A stretch of 64,000 nt of DNA from an uncultured Chthonomonadaceae bacterium. Its GTDB lineage: Bacteria > Armatimonadota > Chthonomonadetes > Chthonomonadales > Chthonomonadaceae. The position numbers and the translations under genes are program-made. Shown here piece by piece: positions 41,628-52,184 of this stretch. How positions within the stretch are numbered: the stretch's first letter is position 1; each line of letters begins with the position of its first letter. Below the pieces are notes generated by a model, which did not search any database, was not told the DNA's origin, and saw nothing but the letters and a program-made list of their open reading frames with translations. The stretch is from the NCBI GenBank assembly GCA_963817895.1, contig CAWFQB010000001.1, positions 32,001-96,000 of the forward strand, read 5' to 3'.

Positions 41628-41710
41628 CGATATAGCGGCCAAGTGTTCAAAACGCTTGCTGTGAAACAGGGTTCCGGGAATCTTCAATCCCCGGCGGACT
41701 TCACATAGCC

Positions 41711-42652
41711 ATGTCCAACCAACCACCAACCACCAACCACCAACCACCAATCCTATCCCTACTGGAAACCGAACTGCGCAACCCGCGCACGACGGAACTG
41801 GACACGCTGCCGACGGTCTGCGCTTGTGGAAACGCTTACATGCGGAAAACTATGCGGTTGCGGATGCGGTTGCCGTTGCGCTTCCGATTGTGGCGCAGGT
41901 GGTGGACATTCTGGCCGAGCGTTTGGGGAGTGGCGGACGGTTGTTTTATGTGGGCGCGGGCACGAGCGGGCGATTGGGCGTACTGGATGCCAGCGAATGT
42001 CCGCCCACCTTTGGCGTTTCTCGCGAACTGGTGCAGGGGATTATCGCGGGCGGCGAAACCGCGCTGACAACTTCGATTGAGGGCGCGGAAGACAGTCCCG
42101 ACGTGGGCGCGGCAGACTTGCGGGCGCGCAATATTACGGCAAACGATGTGGTCGTGGGCATTGCCGCCAGTGGCCGGACGCCCTATGTCATTGGCGCATT
42201 GGACGCGGCGCGGCAAATCGGAGCCGCTGCGGTTGCGGTTGTAAACGTTTCGCAGGCGCAAATGCGGCGAACATGCCGACCTGACTATCGCGGCCGTCAC
42301 CGGCCCGGAAGCCCTGACGGGTTCCACGCGCCTGAAAGCGGGCACGGCGCAAAAAATGGTTCTCAATCTGCTGACAACGGCGGCGATGGTGCGGCTGGGC
42401 AAAGTGTACGGCAATCTTATGGTGGACGTGCGGGCGACCAACGTAAAGCTGCGGGATCGCGCCATTCGCATTGTGCAGGCCGCCACCACTGCCGACTACA
42501 ATCAGGCGCAAGCCGCTTTGAACGCCTGCGACTGGCATTGCAAAACCGCCATCGTGATGCTGGAATGTGATCTCAGCGCGTCCGAAGCCACACAGCGCTT
42601 ACAGGAAGCGAACGGTTGGGTACGCGCCGCGCTTGAAGCATGCGACAGATAG
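41711..42652 (+). CDS. murQ: N-acetylmuramic acid 6-phosphate etherase (frameshifted)
   Basis: [37 protein letters not shown] and GNLMVDV; N-terminus carries a (CAACCAC)n array. Confidence 0.95.
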
Positions 42653-42847
42653 AAAGAGAAAAGTGTAAGCGAATTGTGTCAACACTGCTACTACAATCGT
42701 TCTGTGCCGGACAATGCTGCTACCCCGTAATACTGACAGATTTGGACTGTACAGCGAAAACAACCCGTAAGAATTGCTTCCTGTGTGGAATAAGGTTATT
42801 GTGAGACGTTCGCTAAGGAAAAAGGTTGGATACAGGGAGGTTACAGA

Positions 42848-42928
42848 ATGTTGCTGTCGGTTGTGATGGTGATGATGGCGCTGATGTGTATGTTCAGCGC
42901 GCTTAAAATGGTAACGGAGAGTTTCTAA
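42848..42928 (+). CDS. Putative 26-aa hydrophobic small protein
   Basis: AGGGAGG SD 7 nt before ATG; MLLSVVMVMMALMCMFSALKMVTESF. Confidence 0.45.
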   Translation: MLLSVVMVMMALMCMFSALKMVTESF

Positions 42929-43056
42929 CAGGTCAGCGTAGAGGACAATATCAGATAGCGCGGGAATTCCCGCCATTAACAGGGGCGTTTAAGTACGAGC
43001 CAATGGCTCATTGACATAATTCAGAGGTAACTTAATACAGGTAATTTAATACAGAA

Positions 43057-43098
43057 AACAACGCCGTCAATCTCAATATAGAGACTGGCGGCGTTGTT
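43057..43098. terminator. Hairpin terminator
   Basis: AACAACGCCG..CGGCGTTGTT stem; further hairpins at 43117-43162 and 43168-43189. Confidence 0.6.
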
Positions 43099-43187
43099 CT
43101 ATTAACGGCGTATTAGAAGTTCATGTTGGCGTAGCAAGCGACGCCCCTACCAACATGAACTTGCGCAAGTTCACAAACACTTGTGAA

Positions 43188-44726
43188 CTACTGCTGCTGC
43201 GCCTGTAGGAAACTGGCCCAGTTGGGAGCCACTTTGGCGATGCCCAGGTTGTTCCATTGCGGGTCGAAGCCGGTCGTGTCATCCACGCTGCTCGGCGTTT
43301 GCGGCCCGGGCAGGAAGATGCTCAGGCCACTGGCTTGCGCCTCCTGGCCGTTAGGATCGTGGGCCGACATCAGAATCGCGCCGTTGCTTCCAAGCAGGCT
43401 CGTTTCCACATTGGCCGCCGATTGCGCCAGGTCAGTTGGCACACTGCCGGAAGTTCGAATCAGGTCGGCGAAGTGGTACAGGTCTTTGAACTCCGCGAAG
43501 TCAAAATACTGCGCCGACTGCCGCGCCGTTCGGATCAGGTTGGCCTGCGATGAGGTATAGGTGCGCAGACTGCCGCCGAAACTGTTCAGTGCGCTGGCAA
43601 CCGCATCCATTTTGGAAAGGTCGGTCATGGCCTGCGTGATGTTGGTTTCGTTCGGGATACAGGGCAATGGTGTCGCTGATCAGGTTGGAGCCACAATCGC
43701 CGGGTGACGCGGGCGTGGTCTGCAAGAAGCCCAGCCAGGCGTCATACGGATAGCCGGTTCCGGGCGGGCTTTCTTCCGAAGCCACCAGAATACGGGCGGA
43801 GTTGCGAACATCGTAAGCCAGTTCCGTCGTGCCTTGCAGGGAACAGTCAATGATCAGCGCGTCAATTTTCTGCGCCGCGTTTGCCAGTCCGAGCGGCAAT
43901 TCCTGCGTGGCGATCTGGCTGCCGGTCTGCACGTCCTGCGATAGTCCGCGCGTCAGTTTCTTCGCATCTGGCCGTCGTTGGCGTTCCCCGTTTCAGTTTG
44001 CCGGATTTTGCCGCGCGGTTGTTGACGTTCAATGCGCCGGAACCGTGATCCCATACCACAACCGCCAGATGGTCGGCGGGATAGTTTGAGGAACCCCACT
44101 GCACGAAATCCGCCAGGGTGCGGTAACTGCCCATGTCCGCCGTCTTGCTGCCGTTGTCGTTGATCGTATCGGTGGGCGGGTCGGCCAGACGGTCGCCGTC
44201 CAGAACCGTTGTATCGCCTACAATATTCGCATTGCTGTCAATGCCGGCGGGCGCAATGCGGTTCAAATCGGATTGACTATGCTTGCTGAGTTTGATAGCG
44301 GCGCGTGCCAACAAAGGACGGGGTTGTGTCAATGGCGACGGAGGGGAAGAAGCTGGATTGCCGGGTCTGCTTCCACTGCACCACGATGTTGAGGTCGGCA
44401 TTGGAGCCGACGGAGGCCATCTGCGCGATGTTAATCAGGCTGAATGGCTGAAGGTTGCTGGCCGCGTTCATATAAACCAGAACCGTCCAGCGCGCCCGCC
44501 CGTTCTGATGCGCGTTCTGCTGAAACACGGGCCGCGATGAGTTGTTGCTGTTGACAAACGGCGATGTGCCAGGTGTGGTGAACGTGCCGGTAACAGGCGT
44601 TGGATTGGGCCGGCATTGGGATTGGAAGGAACTGCCTCCGCCCCCGCAGCCCGCAACCAGCGCGCCGAAAAGTCCCGACAGACCGGCGGCAAGCGCGAGC
44701 CGACGGGTAAAACGTGACAAAGACAT
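43188..44726 (-). CDS. Clostripain-like (C11) peptidase lipoprotein (frameshifted)
   Basis: Lipobox [36 protein letters not shown] and GLSIF. Confidence 0.85.
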
Positions 44727-45224
44727 GCGTATCAAACTCCCTTCGCGAGAAAAACGTTCACGGCTTCAAAGTAATCGATGAAAGCCGCGCAAGCGACGGG
44801 CTCGTTTTCGGGCGCTGAAAACAAGCCCGCCAGATCGGAAATTGCGCATCGAAGCAAACAATTTGAAAGCGAACACAGTTGGCGGAAAAATAATTGGCGG
44901 TTCCTGCTGTTAGGGACGCGCGGCAAGCGCAAAAGGTGAACATAAGAATTGCCGACGCCTGTCTGTTTATACGGCAAAAACAACGCGCTGTACGGCAGGT
45001 CAGGCTGAAATTGCCGTATTTCATGCCCAAATGAACAGGCATCCGGCAAACAATCGCGCAAAATGGGAGGAAAGCGACAGGCGGCTTATCACGGTTACAG
45101 GGGGTATGATATAATACCCTATAGACAGCGTTTTGTCGCGTCAGTTTTGTTCTTCGTTCGCTGTTTCGATGCTTAACTGAAACAGGCGGCGTAATCTGCA
45201 AGGCCAGGTAAAGGAGGGGCGCGT

Positions 45225-47047
45225 ATGGACTTCCGGGATAACAGGCGAGCTGACCAACATTCTGACCGCGCACTCCCGCTCCCTTTTCTGCGGCAGATGT
45301 ACATGCAGTCCCTGTTCATTCGGCAGACATTGCCCGGACAACTCCTCTTGAGGCCGCGCTTTCCGCCGCAACAACGCTTCTCGCCCTCGCCTGCCTGCTG
45401 TATGACCTGCATCGGAATACGCCTATCCCGCGCCGATTTTCTCCTGTTGCTGATTTTCATTCCCCTGCTGTTGGCGGCCCGTTACGCCCCGCTTTCCGCC
45501 AACCCGCGAACATTCGCTGACATTTGTGGCTCCCCTGGTATTCGGCCTGACGCTCTGGTTTGGTCCGCTCCTCGCCGGATTAAGCGCGTTTGCGGCCTGT
45601 TGGATTTACGCCCGGTTTGGAGCGCCTGCGGGCGTTTCGCGGCATCGGGCGCGCGCGTATACGCGCTGGCAGGGAGCGCAGTTCGCGCTTGGGGCGTATG
45701 CCGTCCGCGGCATTATGCCTCCTGCTCGCGCCGCCTTTTGCGGACGTGGCGGCAATGCGCTTCCCGCGCTGGAGCGGCTTTCGCAGGCCGCCTGCGGCGC
45801 AATCGTCTTTTGCGCTTGCGCTGGCGCTGTGCTATTGCCTGGTATACTTCACCGCGCTGAGGCAGGAGGAGAATACGCCGACGGCCGCGCGCATCTGGCG
45901 CGTCTGGTGGCCGTGATAACGCTTGGCCTGCTGCCGTTGTTCTGCTGGCTCCATTGGGCGCGGTTTACGGGGCGGGAATCGGCCTGCCGCTGCTGCTGTT
46001 TTTGCTGTTGTCGCGCGCGCGTGGCGCGGCAGCAGGAGGAGATGCACAGCCTGCGCAAACAACTGCGCGCGTCCGAAGCGATGGGGCGCGCCAGTATCCA
46101 CGACCCGGATGTGGCGGACGGCTCTGTTTTGCTGCAGCGGTTTCTGGCGCTGGCGCAGGAACTGGTTCCCGCCGACCGATCCCTGGTATGGATACTGAAT
46201 CAGAAATCCGGGGAACTGACACCCGAAATTGCCCTGCCGAACAAGGGGCCGTTTGCGCGGCGAACGGCCCTGTTCGGAGAGGGAATCATCGGCCATGCCG
46301 CCGCCCGCATGTCGCCGCGCCTGATTGAGGACGCAGGCGAAAGACCCCCACCGCCTGCCCGCGAGAACGTGTCCGGCGCGTGGCTGCTGTACCCGATTGT
46401 GGTGCATGAGCAGTTACTGGGCGTGGCGCAGTGGACGCGCCCGCTCAGCCGCGCCTTTCACGAGCGAAGATATTGCCCGTCTGGATTCGCTGGTTCCGCA
46501 GGCCGCGATTGCGCTGGAAAACGTGTACATCCGGGCGCAAATGCACGACCTGGCGGCAACGGACGGCCTGACCCGACTGTGGAACCATGCAGCGGATGTA
46601 CGATCTGTTGCGCGAGGAGATTCGGCGCGCGACCCGCTACAAGCGCGCCCTGTCCGTGCTGATGATGGACGTGGACAGTTTCAAAACGTTTAATGACAAC
46701 TACGGGCATCCGCAGGGCGACCAGTTGCTCAAGACCGTTGCGGGTATTTTGCAGGCCGAGCGTGCGTAATGTAGATCATGTGGGGCGATATGGCGGCGAG
46801 GAGTTTATGATTATTTTGCCGGAAACGTTCAAAGACGACGCCTGCCACCTGGCCGAGCGTATCCGCGCCGCAAGTGGAGGAACATGCCTGGGTGCTGATT
46901 GACGAGCGCCCCATCCGCCGCACCGTCAGCATCGGCGTGGCCGCGTACCCCGAAGACGCCCTCAATGCCAATGAACTGGTGCAGCGCGCCGACGAAGCGA
47001 TGTACCGGGCCAAGCGCGCCGGTAAAAACCGCGTCCTGTGGGCGTAA
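45225..47047 (+). CDS. Membrane sensor GAF + GGDEF diguanylate cyclase (heavily frameshifted)
   Basis: TDGLT, DVDSFKTFNDNYGH..GD, RYGGEEF and AD.AMY.AK..GKNR motifs. Confidence 0.85.
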
Positions 47048-47073
47048 AGTTAGGATTGGTAAAGGAACGAATT

Positions 47074-47913
47074 ATGGCGTATGAGGGGATTGGCAGTGTT
47101 GCCGGAATGGCAAACGGATGCCGAAATTGACGGCACGCAGGCGGGCGCAGAGGAGCGGGGCGGCAAAGCGGCGCATTGTGGTATCCGTTTCGCGGCATAC
47201 GCGGGGCTTTGTGGAACGGGCGCGGGAACTGCTGGAAGCGGACGGGCTATGAAGTCACTCTGCTGGATATTGCCGATACGGATGCCGAGCGGGTGCGAGA
47301 AACCATTGACATCGCTTCCGTTGCGGGCGTGCTGGATGTGACGCTGACCGGGTTGGCGAATGAACTCATCGGACGCGCGCCGACGTTGGGTCTGATGCTG
47401 CTGGATCTGGCGGGGCAGGCGGGCGTACCGCTTGTGCTGGCTCCGGGCGGGCTGGACATGCTGACGTTCCCGTCCCGCGAAGCGGTTCCGCCGCAATGGG
47501 GCAGGCGCAAGTTCGTGGACGTGGCCCCCGACCATATCGTGATGCGGACGGACACGAGCGACAACGCGCGCCTGGGCCGCTTGCTGGCCGAAAAAGTCAA
47601 TCAGGCGACGGGGCCGGTAGCGGTGGCGCTTGCCCCTGCGCGGCCTGTCCGATCTGGGCGCGCCCGGCGAGCCGTTTTCCTCCGCCGACATCACGATGGC
47701 CCTGTTCGGCAACCTGACCACGCACCTGCGCCGCGACATCCGCCTGGTAGACAGCAACGTCGCCATCAACGACCCCGGCTTCGCCCAACTATGCGTGGAA
47801 GTCCTGCAAGCGCTAATCAGGAAATTAACCACGGAGAACACGGAGGACATGGGGAGGAGAGGGAAGAGGGATTACCGCAGATGAAACGGATGAAACAGGT
47901 ACAAACGGATTAA
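47074..47913 (+). CDS. Tm-1-like ATP-binding domain protein (UPF0261), frameshifted
   Basis: VLDVTLT.LANEL, PGGLDM, MRT, PLRGLS and INDPGFA motifs. Confidence 0.7.
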
Positions 47914-48017
47914 CTCAAAATGACCGTTTCATCTGTATTGTTCCACATTATTTGTTTTATTGTCGTGAACTTTTCCTCTTCTCTCCTCTCCGTGTCCTCC
48001 GTGTTCTCCGTGGTTAA
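47825..48017. mobile_element. Empty element with ~40-bp inverted 9-mer array ends (TTAACCACGGAGAACACGGAGGACA)
   Basis: Near-perfect inverted repeat with a nested (A)CGGATGAAA-type array. Confidence 0.65.
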
Positions 48018-48025
48018 ATCGTCTT

Positions 48026-48913
48026 TTACCAGTTCAGCGTAGGCGGGAAGAACTCGGCGATGAGGTCTTCGTAGTAGGGGCGGAGTTGCGCCACATTGGG
48101 CGGCTGATGGCTTTTGGAGTACAGGTCGTAGGGATTGAAGGCGCGTACCCAGGCGAACAATTCGCGGTCATGGTCGTTCATCAGATGTTGGTACGCGCCT
48201 TCCGTATGCGCCGGGTAGAACGAGTGGTAGCGGATCATGGCAAGGCCGGATTCGGGCAGGTACTCTTTGACGACGTTGTACAGATACTCGTCATGTCCCC
48301 ATGAAAGGTGTACGTTGTCCAGTCCGCAGCCCGGTTCATAAATGCCGTTTTCGGTCTGATACTCGGCAATCTGCATATCGGGATTATCGCGGAAGAATTC
48401 GGGGTACACGATTTTATCGGAGTACCTGCAGCCGACGGGGAAGGTATCGCCCACAACCGCCCATTGCGGCTCGTCCCACAGGCACAGAATTTTGCCCAGG
48501 TCGTGGATCAGGCCGGTCAGGATAAACCAGCGCGGGTGTCCATCGGCGCGAATGTCTTCCGCCGTTTGCAGCAGGTGCTGAATTTGAGAGAGGTCGGTAT
48601 CCGGGTCGCTGTCATCAACAAGCGTGTTCAGATACTCCATCGCTTCCCAAATCCCCATTTTGCGCTGCGCGAGGGGCAGGTACTGCCGTTTCTTTGCCAG
48701 CACAAAATCAAGCGTCTGGTAGCGATGGTTCAGGCGATAAAATTCCCGCACGGACGAACGCGCTTCCGCCTCATAGTTGCGAAACTCTTCCTGCGCTTTA
48801 TCCGCATCCGTGAAAGCGTTGGAAGCATAGCGTTCCCGGCGGGCTTCATCCAATTCGTCCATATCCGTCAAAGGCGCGGCGTTGTCAGGTACGGCAATAG
48901 CGGTTTGATTCAT
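48026..48913 (-). CDS. myo-Inositol oxygenase
   Basis: [41 protein letters not shown] and IRYHSFY; start at MNQTA. Confidence 0.93.
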   Translation of the reverse strand: MNQTAIAVPDNAAPLTDMDELDEARRERYASNAFTDADKAQEEFRNYEAEARSSVREFYRLNHRYQTLDFVLAKKRQYLPLAQRKMGIWEAMEYLNTLVDDSDPDTDLSQIQHLLQTAEDIRADGHPRWFILTGLIHDLGKILCLWDEPQWAVVGDTFPVGCRYSDKIVYPEFFRDNPDMQIAEYQTENGIYEPGCGLDNVHLSWGHDEYLYNVVKEYLPESGLAMIRYHSFYPAHTEGAYQHLMNDHDRELFAWVRAFNPYDLYSKSHQPPNVAQLRPYYEDLIAEFFPPTLNW

Positions 48914-48959
48914 GGCTGTCCTGATTCCTTCAAATGGGAGGTTCTGCAAAAGGGGTACT

Positions 48960-49449
48960 GCTATCTGTCCACGACATAGCGTTTGTAGTGCTATTCCGGC
49001 TCTGAACAGCGTCAGCAGGGTGAGAAGGCACAACATTCCCGCCATCAGCAATTCTACAAAACGCGCATTGGGCATCTGCGGGGTGAGACGGGACAGACCG
49101 CCGCCTAAGAGAAATAGCGCGGACGCCGAAAAACTACGAGCGCGGCAATGACATGACCGCTTAACACAACAATCCACAAGATCTTTCACATCGTTCTCCC
49201 TGACGGCCGCCCTCCACAGCATCCTAACAAATCCGCGCTTTGCCTGCCGAATCGTCAAAAGGTCCCGGCCATCCGCCGTTCCGCATATCGTCTATGTCGC
49301 GCTTGCTCTTTTTCCATCTTTCGTAACTGTTGATCCATCCGTGCATTGATCTGGCGACAGCGTTCGTCAGCCTCAGCTTGAAGGCATTTTATATTTTCGC
49401 CTGCTCTTCCTCTGTGAGTATTTCGCGTTTGCGTCGCCGGAAGAACATA
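48960..49449 (-). CDS. Hypothetical membrane protein, frameshifted, boundaries uncertain
   Basis: SD AAGGAG + MFFRRRKRE start; coiled-coil and TM pieces in different frames. Confidence 0.3.
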
Positions 49450-49483
49450 GTTGTCTCCTTGTACTTTCTTTATTCGAGTTTTA

Positions 49484-49936
49484 TTAAAGTGTGGGACTTT
49501 CGTTTGGGTCAATTACCAAAGCAGCGACATCAGGGAATATAGCGCGAAAATGCTTTGCATTCAGGGTAATGAGATGGTCTACGCTTGCGAGCAATGCAGC
49601 CTTCGCAATCAAAGCGTCATAAGTTTGTCCGCCGCCGATGTGATGCGCGGCAAGCTGCTCCAACACTGTCGGGTAATCAGCGGCAGATAAGGCAACTACT
49701 TCGACATGAGGCAAAACCTCTGTTTGCAATACTTTCCAAGCTGTTGCAGGAGAGATGGGAGGCTTTACAGGCATACGAGTCAGCACGGCATAAACTTCAG
49801 CGACGGTATGGGCAGCAATGTAACCAGTGACTTCTTTGCGTTGAACACGCTGTAACCAGGCAACAGCAAGAGCATGGGCGACGTGGCTTTGAACGAGAGC
49901 CGCCACTAAAATGGATGTGTCAAGCAGCACCTTCAT
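49484..49936 (-). CDS. vapC: PIN domain (VapC-like) toxin
   Basis: LLDTSILVA, AEVYAVLT, YDALI and TLNAKHF motifs. Confidence 0.9.
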   Translation of the reverse strand: MKVLLDTSILVAALVQSHVAHALAVAWLQRVQRKEVTGYIAAHTVAEVYAVLTRMPVKPPISPATAWKVLQTEVLPHVEVVALSAADYPTVLEQLAAHHIGGGQTYDALIAKAALLASVDHLITLNAKHFRAIFPDVAALVIDPNESPTL

Positions 49937-50208
49937 GGTTGGTTGACGCCTTCAAAGAAACCGGCGATACGCGCTTCACGTTCGTTGTCATAATTTTTCT
50001 CATGTCCCCGCTTCTGCCTGGATAATACATATCGTTTTCAAGTACCAACGGCGCATTTCTCGCGTTACGCGCAAACGCACTTCGTTTTGGTCGTATCCAC
50101 AATCAACGTTGTTCTCGCGTTGATCTGCATGTTGTCGGCGTATAAGTTGCTTGGCAACGCAATACGTCCTTTCTTCGTGACTACAGGTCCGCGAATAGAC
50201 ATCGTCAT
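49933..50208 (-). pseudogene. AbrB/MazE-type antitoxin, frameshifted (degraded or mis-sequenced)
   Basis: VTKKGRIALP N-terminus; EREARI C-terminus; ATGA overlap with vapC. Confidence 0.6.
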
Positions 50209-50300
50209 CAATTCATCAACGGCTCCGCATGAATTGCGCCGGGAGTCATCCTGTATTGATTTAGTTTACTAGTTGTTTAACAGCCTCGTCAAGAGGCAAG

Positions 50301-51148
50301 TTATCTATTGGAAGATTGGGCGGGGCGGAGGGTGAGGGCGGACACTTCGGGCGGGCAGAGGAAGCGCAAATGCCGGGTGGAGCAGACGCCGCGCGAAACA
50401 TACACGCGGCAGCCTTTGCCCTGACATAATCCCGCCCGAAACTTCTTGCCGTAGCGACTGGTAATCCAGGGCGCGGGCAGGCCGGGAAAGTGTGCCTGCC
50501 CGCCGTGCGTGTGTCCCGACAGCATCAGGTCAATGTGTAAGAGCGGGATCAATGCGCTCGGCAAAATCCGGGTTGTGCGAAACCAGCAGGCGGGGAATAT
50601 CAGCGGGAACTCGCGTCAAAGGCTTTTTCCGGGCGCACTTCGCCGCGCCATAAATCGCCCACGCCGCCGATAGCGATTTGTTGCCCGTTTCGTTCAATGA
50701 GAAAACTCGTATTTTCAATCAGGCGCAGGGGCGTGTGTTCGGCAAATTCGCGGCACAATTCTTCGGCAGGGTAATAGTGGTCATGGTTGCCCCGGACGCC
50801 GACAATCCCATCCCGCGCCCGCGCGTCGTCGAACAGTCCGGCAAGGGACGGCACAATGGCGGGCTGTTCTCTGGTCTTGTCGCAAATATCGCCCGCAAGC
50901 ACAATCAAGTCGGGATCGAACGTGTTTGCGAGATGAACGGCGCGGCGTATCGCGTTCGCGTCCGTCCAGCGGGGATAGTGGAAGTCGGAAAGAACGGCAA
51001 TGCGGTAGCCGTCGAACGCGGGCGGCAGGCGCAAAATCGGAATGTCCCGCCGTTCCAGCACAAGGCGGTTCGGCTCGATAAACCGCGCGTCCACCGCGCA
51101 GGCCACGCCCAATCCCGCAATCCCCGCCACAACATAGGGTACAATCAA
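50301..51148 (-). CDS. Metallophosphoesterase (YkuE-like), frameshifted
   Basis: SDFH, GD, GNHD, SHNPD and SGHTHGGQ motifs. Confidence 0.9.
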
Positions 51149-51165
51149 AGGAAAATCCTTTAAGG

Positions 51166-51250
51166 AGGTTGTTAGGTTGTTAGTTGTTAGGTTGTTAGGA
51201 ACGCGCTTTCCTCACACCTGATTACCTGACAACTAACAACTAACAACCTA
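51166..51250. repeat. Inverted (AGGTTGTT)/(AACAACT) arrays between divergent genes
   Basis: Directly visible; same family as 60161-60283. Confidence 0.75.
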
Positions 51251-51255
51251 ATTCC

Positions 51256-52164
51256 ATGACCTGGATCATTCTCGGAACCGTCGCAACCATTATTTCTACT
51301 ATTGCCTACATCATCACCGCGCTTTATATTCGGGCGGAGTTGAAGGGGCTGGAAAAAGACCGTTATCTGACGGTTACGAATCAGCTCTTCACAACGTGGC
51401 AGAGTACGGAATTTATGCAGGCGCAATTGTGGCTGCTGCATAAATTACAGGAGAGCGATTGGGACGCTTTTGTTGCCGCGCACCGCGCCGACATGGGCGA
51501 ACTGGCGTTTCACCGTGTCGGCTCTTTTTATGACCGGGTGGGTACGCTGATTAAAATGGATCTGGTGAACGAGCAGGAGATTCTCGCCACGATGGGCGGG
51601 TACGCGATTGCCGTATGGCAGAAGATCGGGCCGCTTGTGCAGGAAGCGCGGCAGATTGAGAACTCCGTGCTGTTCCAGAACTACGAGGCGATGCTGCCCG
51701 CCTGTCACGAGTGTTACGTTCCCGCGCTGAAAATTAGTTCCGGGGGCAGTATGGGCCGGAGTATGCCGGTCAACATGTTCATGGAGAAAACGCCGGTTCG
51801 CATCAGCCTGTCGGAACTGCGGCGCAAACAGGAACGCGGGGAACCGCTGACACTGCTGGACGTTCGGCAGGCAAAACAGCAGGTCACGCCCGAAAACCGG
51901 ATACTGCCCAACGCCATTCTCATTCCCCCGGACGAGATCGAAACGCGCTACGGAGAATTGCCCCGCGACAAAGAGGTCGTCGTGTATTGCGCTTGATCGG
52001 ACGAGGCTACGAGCGCCCGTGTGGCGCTCTTCTTACAATCCAACGGCTATACCGCCCGCGCCCTGACCGGCGGCTACGACGCCTGGAAAAACGCGGGGCT
52101 GCCGCTTGTCTCGTTTCCCGCTGCGCAACCGGCTGCGCCGTTGCAGATCACGCCGCGCCTGTAA
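51256..52164 (+). CDS. Membrane-anchored DUF4760-like / rhodanese fusion, putative selenoprotein (UGA 51994-51996)
   Basis: The rhodanese domain continues in frame across TGA: VVYCA-U-SDEATSARVA..ALTGGYDAWKNAGLP. Confidence 0.85.
51997..52032 (+). promoter_or_regulatory. Bacterial SECIS-like stem-loop
   Basis: GAGCGCC-CGTGT-GGCGCTC starting 14 nt after the UGA, with G in the loop. Confidence 0.7.
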
Positions 52165-52184
52165 GCGCGGGGTAAACTACCGAC

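Noticed and set aside
42599..42976. His-rich 125-aa minus-strand ORF (HHHHH)
   Set aside because: It is the reverse complement of the Met/Val-rich sORF on the plus strand, which has the strong SD; it also overlaps the murQ end.
20329..47913. Programmed ribosomal frameshifting or phase variation in split genes
   Set aside because: The breaks are too many and lack consistent slippery sites or long homopolymers; sequencing error is simpler.
48914..49258. N-terminal extension of the inositol oxygenase (410-aa ORF)
   Set aside because: A good SD and start exist at 48913; the extension probably belongs to a frameshifted upstream membrane gene.
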